Assembly (NCBI GenBank): GCA_002633005.1
Contig: NMRA01000095.1
Coordinates: forward strand, 239,901-303,900
DNA: 64,000 bases
Source: Phoronis australis
Taxonomy: Eukaryota > Animalia > Phoronida
Reading direction: 5' to 3'
Both the position numbers and the translations under genes were made by a program. The notes under the pieces are model-generated. The model was given only the letters and a program-made list of their open reading frames with translations, made no database searches and was not told the DNA's origin. Below, piece after piece: positions 51,790 to 64,000 of this stretch (position 1 is the first letter of the stretch; each line of letters opens with the position of its first letter).

Positions 51790-54700
51790 TTTATAACCTC
51801 TCTGGTTCATAATCGTTTTCATTTTACTATTACACGCTGCTGTTTTGCATTTTGGTTCTATTCTTGGTTTTTAGAATTAAAAAATACTGTTAAAGCAGTC
51901 GTGTATGGGAAATGATAATTATTTATCAATTCAATTATTTATCTTATGCTTCTAGTAAAACCATCAACTGAGAACTGACGCCGGTTTTCTAATGATATGG
52001 CTTTTATACAATTCGATTGAAAAACGGCGAAATTGCGAAAATCTTTAATGACAATACATTCGGGTGCACACACGAGCCTCAGCGGCCGCGAAACCAAAGT
52101 TGGCATTACACTCGGCTTAGAGTTCTATGGAGTGCCCAAGCGATTGTCAGCATCAGTAAAGGGCACGTCCTAGTCGTGTTACGGGAATAACTTGCAATTC
52201 TGTTGTGAGTTTTTATAACATTGGTTTGAAAGTGGGGCGGTGGATTTGCCTAGGCCTACTAACCCACCAGACTGAACGAAAAGCCGACAGTAAGTCATAC
52301 TCAGAACGCGACTTTCTGAAGACATCCTACATCCGACAATGGACAAAATCGACGTTATGATCAAAATGAACAATCTTAGGAACCCATGTCTTAAAACCAA
52401 TGGCAGTGTTGAAATGAATGCAGCCTATTAGGCTATAAGATTAGTTACTATCGCGTGGTCTTTATGCTGGTTGGCAGACCTCGGACATGACCATCCCGTG
52501 AATAATACGCTTACAAGGGCGTCACGCATTTCTAAAGATACAGTATGCGGGAATTTTCACCGCTCGTCCTTCTGAGCGGCTTGTACCATAATCAAAGAGA
52601 GCGCGGTGCCGGAATCAGCTACAGTTGTGATGACCGCATTGCCCGATGCGAGCATAAAAAGTATTAGGCATCTCTGACCGTACATAATGGCGAATTTTCA
52701 AAATGCATTAACCACCAATTTTCGTTATAAACCAACACCTAGGCGGGATTCAGTTGGAAAAAACAACCAGGTACGCTTTACGATTTTTAAAAATCGGTGA
52801 GCTAATAATCTAAAAACTACAACCATTAGGTACGATTGAAGATAAACTACCGCGCGTATTGGTACATTGTATACTCGGTGGATATACAAACTGTGATCAA
52901 AGTTAACAATATCACATGGATTCATTTTTTAATATTTTTTCAATCTCGTTTAACCAGATTTTTGACCAGGAAACAGTTGTTGTGCACACTTTTCATTTTT
53001 AATTACTGACAAAGAGCTAGTGTAGTTATATAGTCAGTGCCACCGAAATTGTGCAGAGATTCCAAATCTTCAGTTTGGTCATCACCATATTTGAACTTTT
53101 GTATATATTTTATGATTTGAGTTCTAAAACAATTGAACTTAAATGACACGTCAATTGTTTAGTGTACCTGTAATGTGGTAAGTTTAGGGATGGGCTCATA
53201 ATGAACTTAACTAATTAAGTTTAGCTGTCGATCAAAATCTTCCTCTTCGGTTTTGGTACTTCAAGTTCCAAACTTAAATAAATAGTCATCAACCCGTTCC
53301 CGGAAAGAAAGAAAACAAGTGGGCAGTAGCATTAAAAATTAAAGAAAACCAATATGAAACTTGTCGTTCCTTTGGGAAGTTTTCCTTTCTGAAGATAAAC
53401 ACGTACGAGTTAACCTGTTTAGTCATTTTGTAATAATTATAATTTACCAAGTTAAAACTACTCTCCAGAGTTGCAAGCTATAACTCTGCAAATGTCAGAG
53501 GAAACCAAATTGGGGATACTGACAGCAACTATTGTTGAGACAGTAATGCAATTACCTTTTCACTTCATTAGCTCAGATCTACTTCAATACAAAAGACGTG
53601 CTGAATAGGCATCGTAAAAGTTGTCTGGGGCTAAGGGAATAAGAGCGGTCACCAGTGTAAGCGAGAAATTGCCCACATGCACCGAAGCATGGCCAATGTT
53701 TTCCCTCCGTCATTATCTCGTTTTGGGTCCGAAAACCAACCTATTGGCCGATGGAAGTTAATTTTATATTGTTGACTCGAAGGTAGTGGTGACTGGTGGT
53801 AAGTGTAAACGTTCATAATGTATCCATATCATAGAAAAATATTCCTAGACAGACAATAGTGTCTCTATATCTATGGCAGCCAAGGTCAAGTTTTGTACAA
53901 CCTCTGACACCGCATAGTCGTGATCTGAATCCTTGTTGAGGAAGTCTGTCTAGACTAATGTGTGGAACGGATGTAACGTTTAGTTTCGTTTTCTGACGGA
54001 ATCGACGTAAAACACTCCATGTAAACTTGAATAAATACACTCTCAAACCATTAAAACTGGCAAAATATTTTGCTAATCCCCCCAGCAGATTCAGTAAACA
54101 CCGCCAGCGCAAGTTCTTGAAAACATAAGCGTAACCAAGGAAATTTTATGTGGCGGATCTTGGCTTATGAGAGGGGGCCTTCCCGCAATTTTCAAAGAAC
54201 AAATGTTGATGATAGCCATAGGCGAGTTCTGTATGGGAGTTGTGGCAAATATTGTAGCCCAGGTGACAATATGTGTCGACGTTCACAGCATATATATTGT
54301 GGCATTCGGTCTTATACATGTGTCGAGTGCGACAATACATATGGCACATCATAGGCCAGTCCCCCTTAGCCCCTAAATCTGCCGATGTAGTTCGATACCC
54401 TTTATCTTTAACTATAATAGGAAAAATTATTTTTACTAGCAAGCGCCTCCAGAAAGCATATTGCGAGGTTACAACAGAATGACCACTTCCATTGATCAAT
54501 AATTTCTATTCGAAACTGAAGTCTCAATGTCAATTATTAATTTTTTGTTCATCAATTTCATTTCGTAAGAAAGAAACTACGCATCCTTCGTCAATTTTGA
54601 CTTCTTTACAAGCAGACGATCCGAACTTGTAAAATTCCTTTTCTAAATTCATCCATTCGCCTTCGTGAAGTAGTTGAATGTCATGCTTTGCAAGCATTTA

Positions 54701-54977
54701 TGAAATTAATAACAATAGACACATTTGTGCGTATGTGTTAGACTACAAGGCAGCTGCAAATGTTCTTTCAGACCTACGGTTGCTCGCGTTATTATACCAC
54801 ATACCGCATCTATCCAGGTCAATACTTATGCATTAATTACCTGCACAACTTTGAAATTTGAGTTGAATATCCTATATATGTAAATATCCTACGGTCAGCT
54901 ACGTGGTGTAAAGTTTAATAAGCTGGTCTATTTTAACGTAATTTGTATCCTCTGCTATAAAGCACAGTCTGTTGCCA

Positions 54978-56680
54978 TCAAATATTTTCCCCAGAAATTT
55001 TAGAGGGATGGAAGTCCTTTCGAAACTTCTTAAAGTTCTCCCACAATCCCAGGATGAGATCTGCAATTACAATGTCATTTGTGTTCTTGCTGACGAGACG
55101 AAGGACAAAAACGCCATCCTGCCGAAGGTAGTCGTTAATGAAAATGCGTGCCAGCTTTTTGTCCTGTGGGGTATTCATTTGGTCTGCCATTTTTAAGTAT
55201 TTCTTAACGTACATAAAGCGCGCCCTGTCAAAGAGCGTGAAGAACCAGGGCAGTATTCCCCAAACACTGAGGAGAGCTACCATTACAAGCCAGAACCAGA
55301 TGAAGATGAAGATTTTCTCGCTAAACAAATTAACGGGCAGTACGCATTGGAGTGTGTATCGATGGAGGTTGTTCAACCCGCCGAGTCGCCTGATGACGAT
55401 GTCGCAAAATGTGACGCGCGGGAACTGACGAGACTCCTTCCAGTCAGTACCGTTGACAACTTTAGAAATGACTTCGAATCCATACAGGTTGTAATCGGTT
55501 CTCAAGAAGGCATTCAGTAGAAAAAGTTGGCAGATTGAGTTGACGATGAAGAGAATTTTTACGAAGAGATAAGACATGATCATCTTGTTGCCGCGTGCTT
55601 TGTTACAAAAGAACATAAGCTTGGCCATAAGTCCGGATTTGCGCTCTCTGTTATGGACGAAGTATAGGTCCATGTGTCGAACCAAATAGCTCGTCGTTTT
55701 TTGTCGAGTTTCTGGGTTGAGATGCTCGGCTGTCGTAATGGCTCCGACTATGCCTGTGATGTTTAGACCAACTCGTCCATTCAGAACTCTCCAGACAATG
55801 TGTGGCAGGTAGAAGAGAACGGCCATTGAAAGGAGGATAAAAGGCACCCATTGGTAGTAACTGAGCTCCCTGTCCTGTCGCACTGGCACGTTGGCTGGGA
55901 TGTCCTCCAAGCTGGTGTGCCAGCCCACGTAATATGTGTTGCTCACCCAACAGAGACTGTCCGTATAGGATATGTGCTGACCGCTGAAGTGGTCTGGTGT
56001 CCAACAGTCGATAGGGTCTCCCACATACTGCTGAGTTCCTGTTAGAATAAAAACTCAGGCGATTCAATTGAGCTTATATAGTGATGTTCCAAATCCAGCT
56101 TGTGTCAAAATCCAATATTTGACTTAGGTAATGAGCCATTATAAAACTTATCTAACCTTGTTCACATCATGTTGCGCAATGTCTTGGCTCCGTAAGAAAT
56201 AATGGTTAGCTCTGAACCCTGACAGTATTTCAGGCGAAAAAAATGACTGGCGGGTCACTAGTAAACTTTTCTGGCTCTTCCCAAGCACAAAATGTATTCA
56301 ACTTCCTAAGCTGAGAAATGACTAAGTTTGTCAAAGGACATGTCAACACCATGTCTTTTTGTAACGACAAATGGCTACAGTCTTTTTGTAACACATTGAA
56401 CTGGAAAGTAAATGAATTATACTGGTAAGAAGTTGACTCAGAGCCATGGAATGACAGGAACCGTTAGTGTAGGGATACATTCCTGTAACCATGGCGGCGA
56501 GTTATCAGTCTCTTCTTGATATAGATAGGATTCAATTATACATGTATTTTTACCTGTGATAACCGTGCTGACAACGAGAACGGCCAAAGTGTAACGGTGA
56601 CTCAATCTGTCGAATGCGTCGTCATCATAGTTCACGGAGAACTTGGTCACCTGAGCGATGACGTCAAGGAAACTAGACAT
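54978..56680 (-). CDS. Innexin (gap-junction protein), 2 coding exons, ~395 aa
   Basis: Exons 56680-56554 and 56038-54978 (phase 1). Motifs DDDAFDRLSHRYT, YVGDPIDCWTP, CWVSNTYY, YYQWVPFIL, FPRVTFCD, QCVLPVNLFSEKIFIFIWFW, YLRQDGVFVLRLV. Confidence 0.95.
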
Positions 56681-57485
56681 CCTAAAACGAACAGATGAGG
56701 TGTTACGGAACGTGTGTATGTGTGTGTGTAAACTGCAGTTTTAACTGATGAAAAAACAACTCCCATATCAGTCAGACATGGGACTGTAAATCCTGTCTTA
56801 GAACTTGTTTATCATGAAAAATTCATGATCAATTAAAACTTTGAATTTAAGTCGAAATGCATTCTCAGGACTTTTTGTAAATAACTTTAATGTGTTGAAC
56901 AGATTTAATTTTCCAAGAAAATGTATGGTGGGAACTCTTTAAAGCTCGAGGGACGGTGGGCCTACTCGGCTGCTGGTGAGAAAAGAGCGCCCCCTTCAAC
57001 CATGCGGTAAACTAACTCCAGTTTTGTTGTCATGGGGTGCACTTTGCGAGACAATGAGTAATTATGCTTTTAAACTTTGTAAGGAAGTACAGCTTGTGAA
57101 ATAGCTAACAGAAATGCACTGTGTTTGGCAAAATCACTGGAACAGCATTCAGTGTCCTTGTTACCCAGAAATTGGCAAACATCACTAAGATCTGGAGTTG
57201 TACAGTAGTCGTTAATCCGTTATTTAATTGTAATGAATTTGACGCCCGTTAGAATATTAAACGATGGTAGTTTTGTTTTACTTTTTTAAACCTGTCAATG
57301 ATGTACACGTACATGTATTCGTTTCGTATTCATTTAAAGTAGACTCCACGATGACTAAACTAAACACTGCGCCTTGTACACGTACACTGCACGTGACTTG
57401 GTGAAGGTGTTATGTCGCTCCAATTATTAGAGTGGAGTTAATGTATTGGTTACACTCGTGTTCTTGACGTGCTGCGTTCCGTGTA

Positions 57486-57727
57486 CATGCGCGCACCCAG
57501 GAAGGGGGGGGGTGCTCGATCAAGCCCCAAATTTGGCGAAAAGGGCAAAAACGTCCGGCTCAGAGAAATAAAAAGTCCTAGAAAACGAGACAAAAGTCCA
57601 CTAAAAAGGCACAGATGCACAGTGAAGGTGGTCACCCGTTTTTTTAGTCCTCCCGCTTCTTTCAGCGAAAGGTCCACATCGCCAGAAAATTCGAGACCCC
57701 CCATATTAAAGGCTGGGTGCGCGCATA
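57486..57727. mobile_element. MITE with CATG-type termini and perfect 5-bp TSD (GTGTA)
   Basis: gtgta|catgcgcgcacccag...ctgggtgcgcgcata|gtgta; inverted relative to the 43050-43257 copy. Confidence 0.8.
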
Positions 57728-60700
57728 GTGTACGCAACAATCTCTCCTGTAAAGCTGATGTGATCATAGTTATGCGCAACCTCACGTTTTCCCCTAGTGT
57801 ATTGCGTCAACGGATCTGGCCACAGATTTGGCTGTGCCCCTACTGGAGGCCGTTACAGAGTTCCAGTTCTTTATGTCTTGAACTATTGATCCAGTGGAAC
57901 TGGTGAAGTGAATCAAGTAAAGACATTGTAACATTCACGGACTTCTAAACCTGAGTGACTAACAAAGGTTACAAAAGATCGTTGTATGTTGTTGCGTGGG
58001 TTCTTGGCTCACCAGTGAAAATTCTTCTAAGTTATCTTCGCAGATAACTTATCACCTGCCTTCATAACCGTAAACCAGTAGATAATACCTGTGTAAATCA
58101 CCAGTTGACACCACGATATAAATTTGACTTAAGAAACAGATAGCATAATCTGTGGTTTGTGTCATACTGACAATTCGATGCATTCAATTTTGCCAAAACT
58201 CTGTTATAGACTTGATCTGTAACTACCACAAAACACGTCACCGTGAACACACTTTAAATGAGACATCGGAAATACACATTGAATGTACCCAAACAACGCC
58301 AGTGGGACTGTGATGATGTTTAAAATCGTTTGTTCATCTGTGCGTTGCACACTTCATTTGTACGTTTCATTGGAGTTTGTTTCATGAGAACCGAAACCTT
58401 TTCATGTATCAGCTACGAGGCGTAAGGCATGAAAGCTACAGGTACACCAACTCGTTTAGTTCTATCAGAGACATAGGCTTACGCACGTGACTATAGGCAT
58501 GTGACTACTTGTATAAGCAGTCGATGCTCTTCATCAGGACTAGCAGAGCATTCATTGCATTTTCATATATATTTGAGGTCACTGCCGTTGCACGAATGAA
58601 CTAATTTAACAAAGATGGATTGCTAAATCTTGGATAATGCACGCTTGTCAGCAGCCCAGTTCCAGGCTTGATTAGAAAAATCGCAAAAATGCCCACTACA
58701 GAGTTCGTATAACTACACCTTATGACACAAATGGGTCAAGCACAATTGAGCGTTGGATGACAGTCGCCGTAAAACACTTAGTCTCAGTCGAGAACACCGT
58801 TTTTGACACGTAGATTACACTCCCAATTTGTTGTTGACAGTTGAACACAAGGTTGTTCAAAGAATCTAGCAATTTGCTATAATGGATGTTGATTGAGAAT
58901 CCTTTAGACACAGAACAGTTGAGTGTCTAGAAGCGTGGGAGATAAAATGTATAACAATTCATCGCGCTCGTATGCTTCTTGTCTCGGGTTGAAAGAAGCC
59001 ATAGACTTGTGGATGTTCACAACTCCACCGGTATCTGCAAGTCATGTACTAGGTCCTTATCGTGCATTTAGCCAAACAACTACACAGCTAACGATTTTAA
59101 ACCGGAATCTGTATTTTTTACTTTATAATACTCTGTCGGCATTTGGGTCATGTGACCAAAACTAGTAAACTTTACAAAAAAAGTTACATCGTTAGCAGAA
59201 CACCGCGGTATCACCGTCATGAAAAAAAATTATTCGATAAAAATGTTCGGCATGTAGTCTCAAAACTCTGTAACAGGTCTCTAAGCTGTTATTTGGCTTT
59301 AGTTTTATACAACTTTTGTTGATTTTTTTCACATCCCCTTGTGCAAAAAGAACAATTTAAGAACGATTCCTTGCGATAAACTATTGGAGAATGGTCTGTA
59401 AAACATAGTATCTGAATGCTTGATATGGATCTGATGAGCTAATTCTGATGTGCGATGACCACATTTGATTTGATCATGCCATCACCCACATTCCAATTTC
59501 ACTCCTGCGTGGGGTTTATGGACCTTAAATACCAAATCTGGCTGTAGGATTAATACCAAAAAGTTGTCTAAGTTAATACCGATATTCTGGCTCAGTTAAG
59601 ATCGAGGACAAAACTTCAGACAAGTTCGTTACATGAACACAACGGCAGATTGTTGTGTTCGGTTTTAACTTACACAGAAGTTAATTTTTTTACTTGGCTG
59701 GGCATACAGGTACAAACTACGCTTTCGCCAAATGTTGCGAGGCGGTGTATAAAGTGCGATTTCGAGAAATCCCCCTTAGATATGAACATTTAGACCTTGC
59801 CCGAAGGTTAATGTATTTGTGATTGTCGAAACCAACACACGTACATACTGGAAAAACCGGCACCAAATAGCGATTTGGAATCCCACGAGTTTATAAACCA
59901 ATTTTGAAATTTCAAGGGTTTCCTTTAACGCTACTGAACGTAAATCATTTGTAAACAAAAATACACATGTAGTCTGAAGTAAAAACATTTTAATTTTGCA
60001 AAAAATTAGCGTGACACTGGGGTAAAAAATGGAACCAATGAACTGGCCAAGTCAAGGTCACTACTAGAATCAGACATTTTGGATTATCGCAGTCTTCCAT
60101 AGCAGGAAAAGTGTGATTCAACTAATGTTTTCTTGCAATTCCTCGTACACCCCGTAGAAATCGTTATTTTGAAGATAATTGTTACTGGTTGTTTCGCTAT
60201 GTTTTACGATTTGGAAAAGTTAGGCTAATTATTAAACGCTAGTTTTTCTATTTTGACAGCGCCATTTTTTACGTCTAAATGTACGCTAGCAGCAAGCCCC
60301 TAAAACGTGCGGTTTTTTGCGCTCTTGAAAATGACAATACTTTTAACGGTCCCGAAATCTGTCACTCACGTCAACTTTTCGAAAAAAGTAAATTGTAGCT
60401 AATTGTTGCATTGCCGGATTTCCTGTCGCTATGGTATACACGAGCTACTCACTCCACCCCCGCCGCCATCTTTGCTTCCCTTGTTGCTCCCCTCCCCCCA
60501 CGATCACCACTTATATTGGCAAACTCGAAGCTGTCGCCAACTTTTTTATTAAAAGCGCCGCATAGAGCGAGAGTTTTGACGTAGAAATATAACGGTAAAA
60601 ATGGAGCAATATACAGGATAACTACAGCATATTGTAGCCCTTCGGCGTAGCACTACTAACAACAACGGAACGTTACAGATGCGTAACAAGCGAGCGGTTG

Positions 60701-62360
60701 ACATGCTACGTGGCTATTTTAACATGACTCTAACACGGTTAAAACAGTGGCCATATAAAAAAGGCTTAAAACAGTGCCCCCTTGAGACTCTTCATCAAAA
60801 ACTGCTAAATACGGAGAACCAAAGAAATCACCCTACCTCCTCGGTGGGACAGGGTCCAAGCTGTGTGTGACAGTGTTAGCTGAATGTTTGCTAACGTTAT
60901 CAACGACGCTAAAACGTGGGCCAATAAATGTCAAAACAAGATAACGATTCGCCAGACAGGTAATTTATTCACCAGTTTAATCAGTGTCCACCTTTAAAAT
61001 TATTTAGAATTTCGAAATACATGTGTGTTACGTAACAGTCTGGCTCGTTATCGCGACTAAGTCCATTATTTTGTTACTACACGAATAATGTGAGAGGTAT
61101 GTTAATCAAATCGCCTTATAAATCATTTGGAGGCCGCCTTTGAACACCAAAATTTGGCTTTAGTCCTATTATCGAAGACAATTCTTGACCGTCACTAACT
61201 AAAGAATTAAAATCTAATCTGAAATATTCTAGCATAATATATTATGAATTTTTACGACATACATGTAGCAGTTCACAAACTCCTTGACCGTCGCCAACTA
61301 AGTTGTATAATTCAGCTTAATGTAATTTGATGGGTTATCATTATGATTGAATAATTACACCTGTATCTCTTAGCTTGTTGCTTTTCATATCGGTTTATAT
61401 AGCTGAGCATTGCGTAAAATGCTACTGTCCTGTATTATCAAACTGCACTAGAACATTCCCTCTAGTCCCTTTCCGAGTGTAATGTCAATGCACTGATAAA
61501 CACGGCGATGACATCTACTGACAGCAATGATGATAAACAAGTATACATGTACATGTATGTACATGTATGCACAGGGCTGCGTTCTGCGGATGTAAGAATC
61601 TCGCAAACGCGACAGCCTTCACGAGATATCACCTTGCATTGCAGAAGAAGCATGCGGTCACACAAGCTTTTCTTGGTTTTAAAATGTTCCAAGTCTTCAG
61701 AACGCAGTCCAGATGCGTGTGAACGGGTGTCTTTTTTACGTGTTTAGTTGTGGGTAATGAATTGTCGCAAACCTGGAATAGTTCTATGCCACGTACAATA
61801 ATTGTGCGATGGCGATATCGAATAACCAAGCTAAGTAGACTAGGTGTTGGCTCTACGCCACACAAAACCTGAAACAGTACACACCATGGATTTTTGCACA
61901 TTTTGAATTACCGGTGGCCACAAACTAAACGTATGACGTAAAATTTAGCTAAACCCATGTTTATTTTGTGTAATTAGCTCGAAATTGTGATTTTTCTTTC
62001 AATTTTGCCAATTTTCACATTTCCCGCCATGTGACGTCATGGGTTGAACACAAGAGAACAGTGACTAGCATTGAACAATGGCGGAAAGCAGGGAATTTGA
62101 AAGCGACGACGATTATGAGCAAAAATTGAAAGGATACTATGAAGAAACGTACGGGAATGGTGGCCAGGATGAGGAAATGGGGTTGCACGAAAGCGAGAAT
62201 AAGTTTATTGTGCTTCCGGCAGCGTACTTTTCTACTTTGAGCCTTACGAACTGGATCCTCCCGCGAGAGAAGCGGCCTCGGGCTCGGCGAGTCAACCCAG
62301 TCATCCAACAGACGATCCTGAACTAAGAGCTGATGTTTCTGAATGATAAATATTGTACTT

Positions 62361-62580
62361 NNNNNNNNNNNNNNNNNNNNNNNNNNNNNNNNNNNNNNNN
62401 NNNNNNNNNNNNNNNNNNNNNNNNNNNNNNNNNNNNNNNNNNNNNNNNNNNNNNNNNNNNNNNNNNNNNNNNNNNNNNNNNNNNNNNNNNNNNNNNNNNN
62501 NNNNNNNNNNNNNNNNNNNNNNNNNNNNNNNNNNNNNNNNNNNNNNNNNNNNNNNNNNNNNNNNNNNNNNNNNNNNNNNN
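62361..62580. other. Assembly gap (220 N)
   Basis: Run of N. Confidence 1.
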
Positions 62581-64000
62581 GAATGGCGTATCACATTTTG
62601 GGCGATTCTGACGAATGTAAAGGCTCGTAGGCCTATATTGGTGAGATTGAATAGCCGCTGTGAAAGCGCATGACAGGGATGGCAAAGACACTGGTATAAA
62701 CTCCGAAGTGCACGACACACTCGTTTGAGAAAGTAGAGGTGGGGATAATGGCCACAGAAAGTTCCTGGTTTGAACGAGGTGCCAGAATGGCTGTTGGGCT
62801 TAAAGCCAATAATCCCCTTTTGAATAATATCACAGAAGTGTCAGATTAATGTTGGCTGACTAATGACAGAGACCATAGAAAGGTTAACGTCTTTGTTCAG
62901 GGTCTAGAACATTGCAGAAACTGTCTCTTAATACCGCCAGAGGGCGACGAGATTTTTTCCACGGGAAGCTGTCAAACATCAATCCCCATTTAATGGCGCA
63001 AGGCGGCTCTGCTACGTCGGGGAATTTATTTTGTAGTAAGTTATAGAAGGTGTTATTGATATTTATTATGTATTTTTTATTCACCTGAAAGAATGACAAT
63101 GTTTTTCCACTAGCAATCAGGTCGTTGGTTTCAAGTGTAGCGTTTGTAATGTACCACAAATTTCGTGGGGATGTAGACAACACGTGGTGACCCTGGCGGC
63201 TTTGACAGAACTGCGCTAACTATACTTTCTTTAATCACCACCACGCTTCTTCCACTTTTAATTCGCCAAAAATATGGTCAGACTCGTCGCCGTGTTTTAG
63301 CTTTGTATTACAAATGAAATAGTGAAAGTTTTGCAAGGCGGTGTTTTATCTTAATTTGTGTCCGAAACTAACTTGGCGTGTATAAACGAATTTCTCTGGT
63401 CAGAACATAAACGTTTGATAAAAAAAAACAGAAGAAAAACAAAGCAGTCACTAACAGCTTTATCTGTCCGACGGTTCTGTACAGAGATACACAGGGACGT
63501 ACATTTCATTGGATGGTTGAAAATCTGCGGCAAAATATGGTCGAATCGCAAATCATCAACTACTTGAAAAACGGCATTTCGCTAGCATGTTCTTCCGACA
63601 TTTGGTTGAAATGTTTAGAAATTTGAACTGAAAGGAGTTGTGCAAATATGGACATTCCCGGGACATTCATGCATGAAAACTAAACTAAACGGGTAGAAAG
63701 TTATGAAAATACACTGTACGTCCACCTTGCAAAATTTCGAACGTTCTCGCTACAGGGATTGCAAACACATAGTTTGTGTTGTGAGATGAGCTGATGAGAA
63801 TTATCTAGTGTGAATGGCAGTCGTTGTTAGTATTCCCTTTGTATGTGAACCATCGACGAACATTTAGCTTTCCATTAGCAGTAATAGAAGTGCCACTTGT
63901 TTTTGTTCCTTTGGTGTGTTCATGAGGTATTAACATCATAACCAATATGTAATCAATTTCCTAGTCCATGCAGAGAAATCGAGATGTAATGGATTAGATA

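Larger units (their letters stand above)
49421..53122 (+). repeat. Near-identical duplicate of 45858-49419; probable second haplotype
   Basis: Starts immediately after the single N at 49420 with catgtatagtcagtgcc (the end of the MITE specific to segment A) and carries A-type diagnostic variants. Confidence 0.8.

Noticed and set aside
53813-54499. Cluster of overlapping ORFs on both strands
   Set aside because: No recognisable motifs or consistent splice structure.
57450-57906. 111- and 145-aa ORFs, also 42927-43274
   Set aside because: They overlap GC-rich MITE copies and have no recognisable domain.
62301-62720. ORFs spanning the N run
   Set aside because: Artefacts of the assembly gap.

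Overview
Intron-rich, AT-rich animal genomic DNA, probably from a lophotrochozoan/mollusc-like invertebrate (inferred from the innexin and the pearl/HINE-like repeats). Five protein-coding genes can be spliced by hand with consistent GT-AG phases. (1) A 10-exon BBS12 chaperonin-like gene (-, 2052-23668, ~875 aa). (2) An aminergic class A GPCR (+, 13718-19983) nested antisense in the 11-kb third intron of BBS12. (3) A 10-exon FANCE gene (+, 23979-38363) head-to-head with BBS12, with 310 bp between the ATGs. (4) An ANKRD63/34-like ankyrin gene (+, 41692-44440). (5) An innexin (-, 54978-56680). The most unusual accessory features are two Helentron/pearl-like elements in BBS12 introns whose ~145-bp monomers each carry a co-oriented CTCF-consensus-like motif, and a Gypsy-like LTR element in FANCE intron 1 whose Gag begins with a ComEA-like helix-hairpin-helix domain. 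The window also holds several MITE families (5-bp, 3-bp CTG and TA target duplications), an internally deleted Tc1 and minisatellites. Two long apparent tandem duplications end exactly at single-N joins and are most likely two haplotypes assembled side by side, which exposes polymorphic TE insertions. All protein family calls come from recognising motifs by eye; no database search was run.
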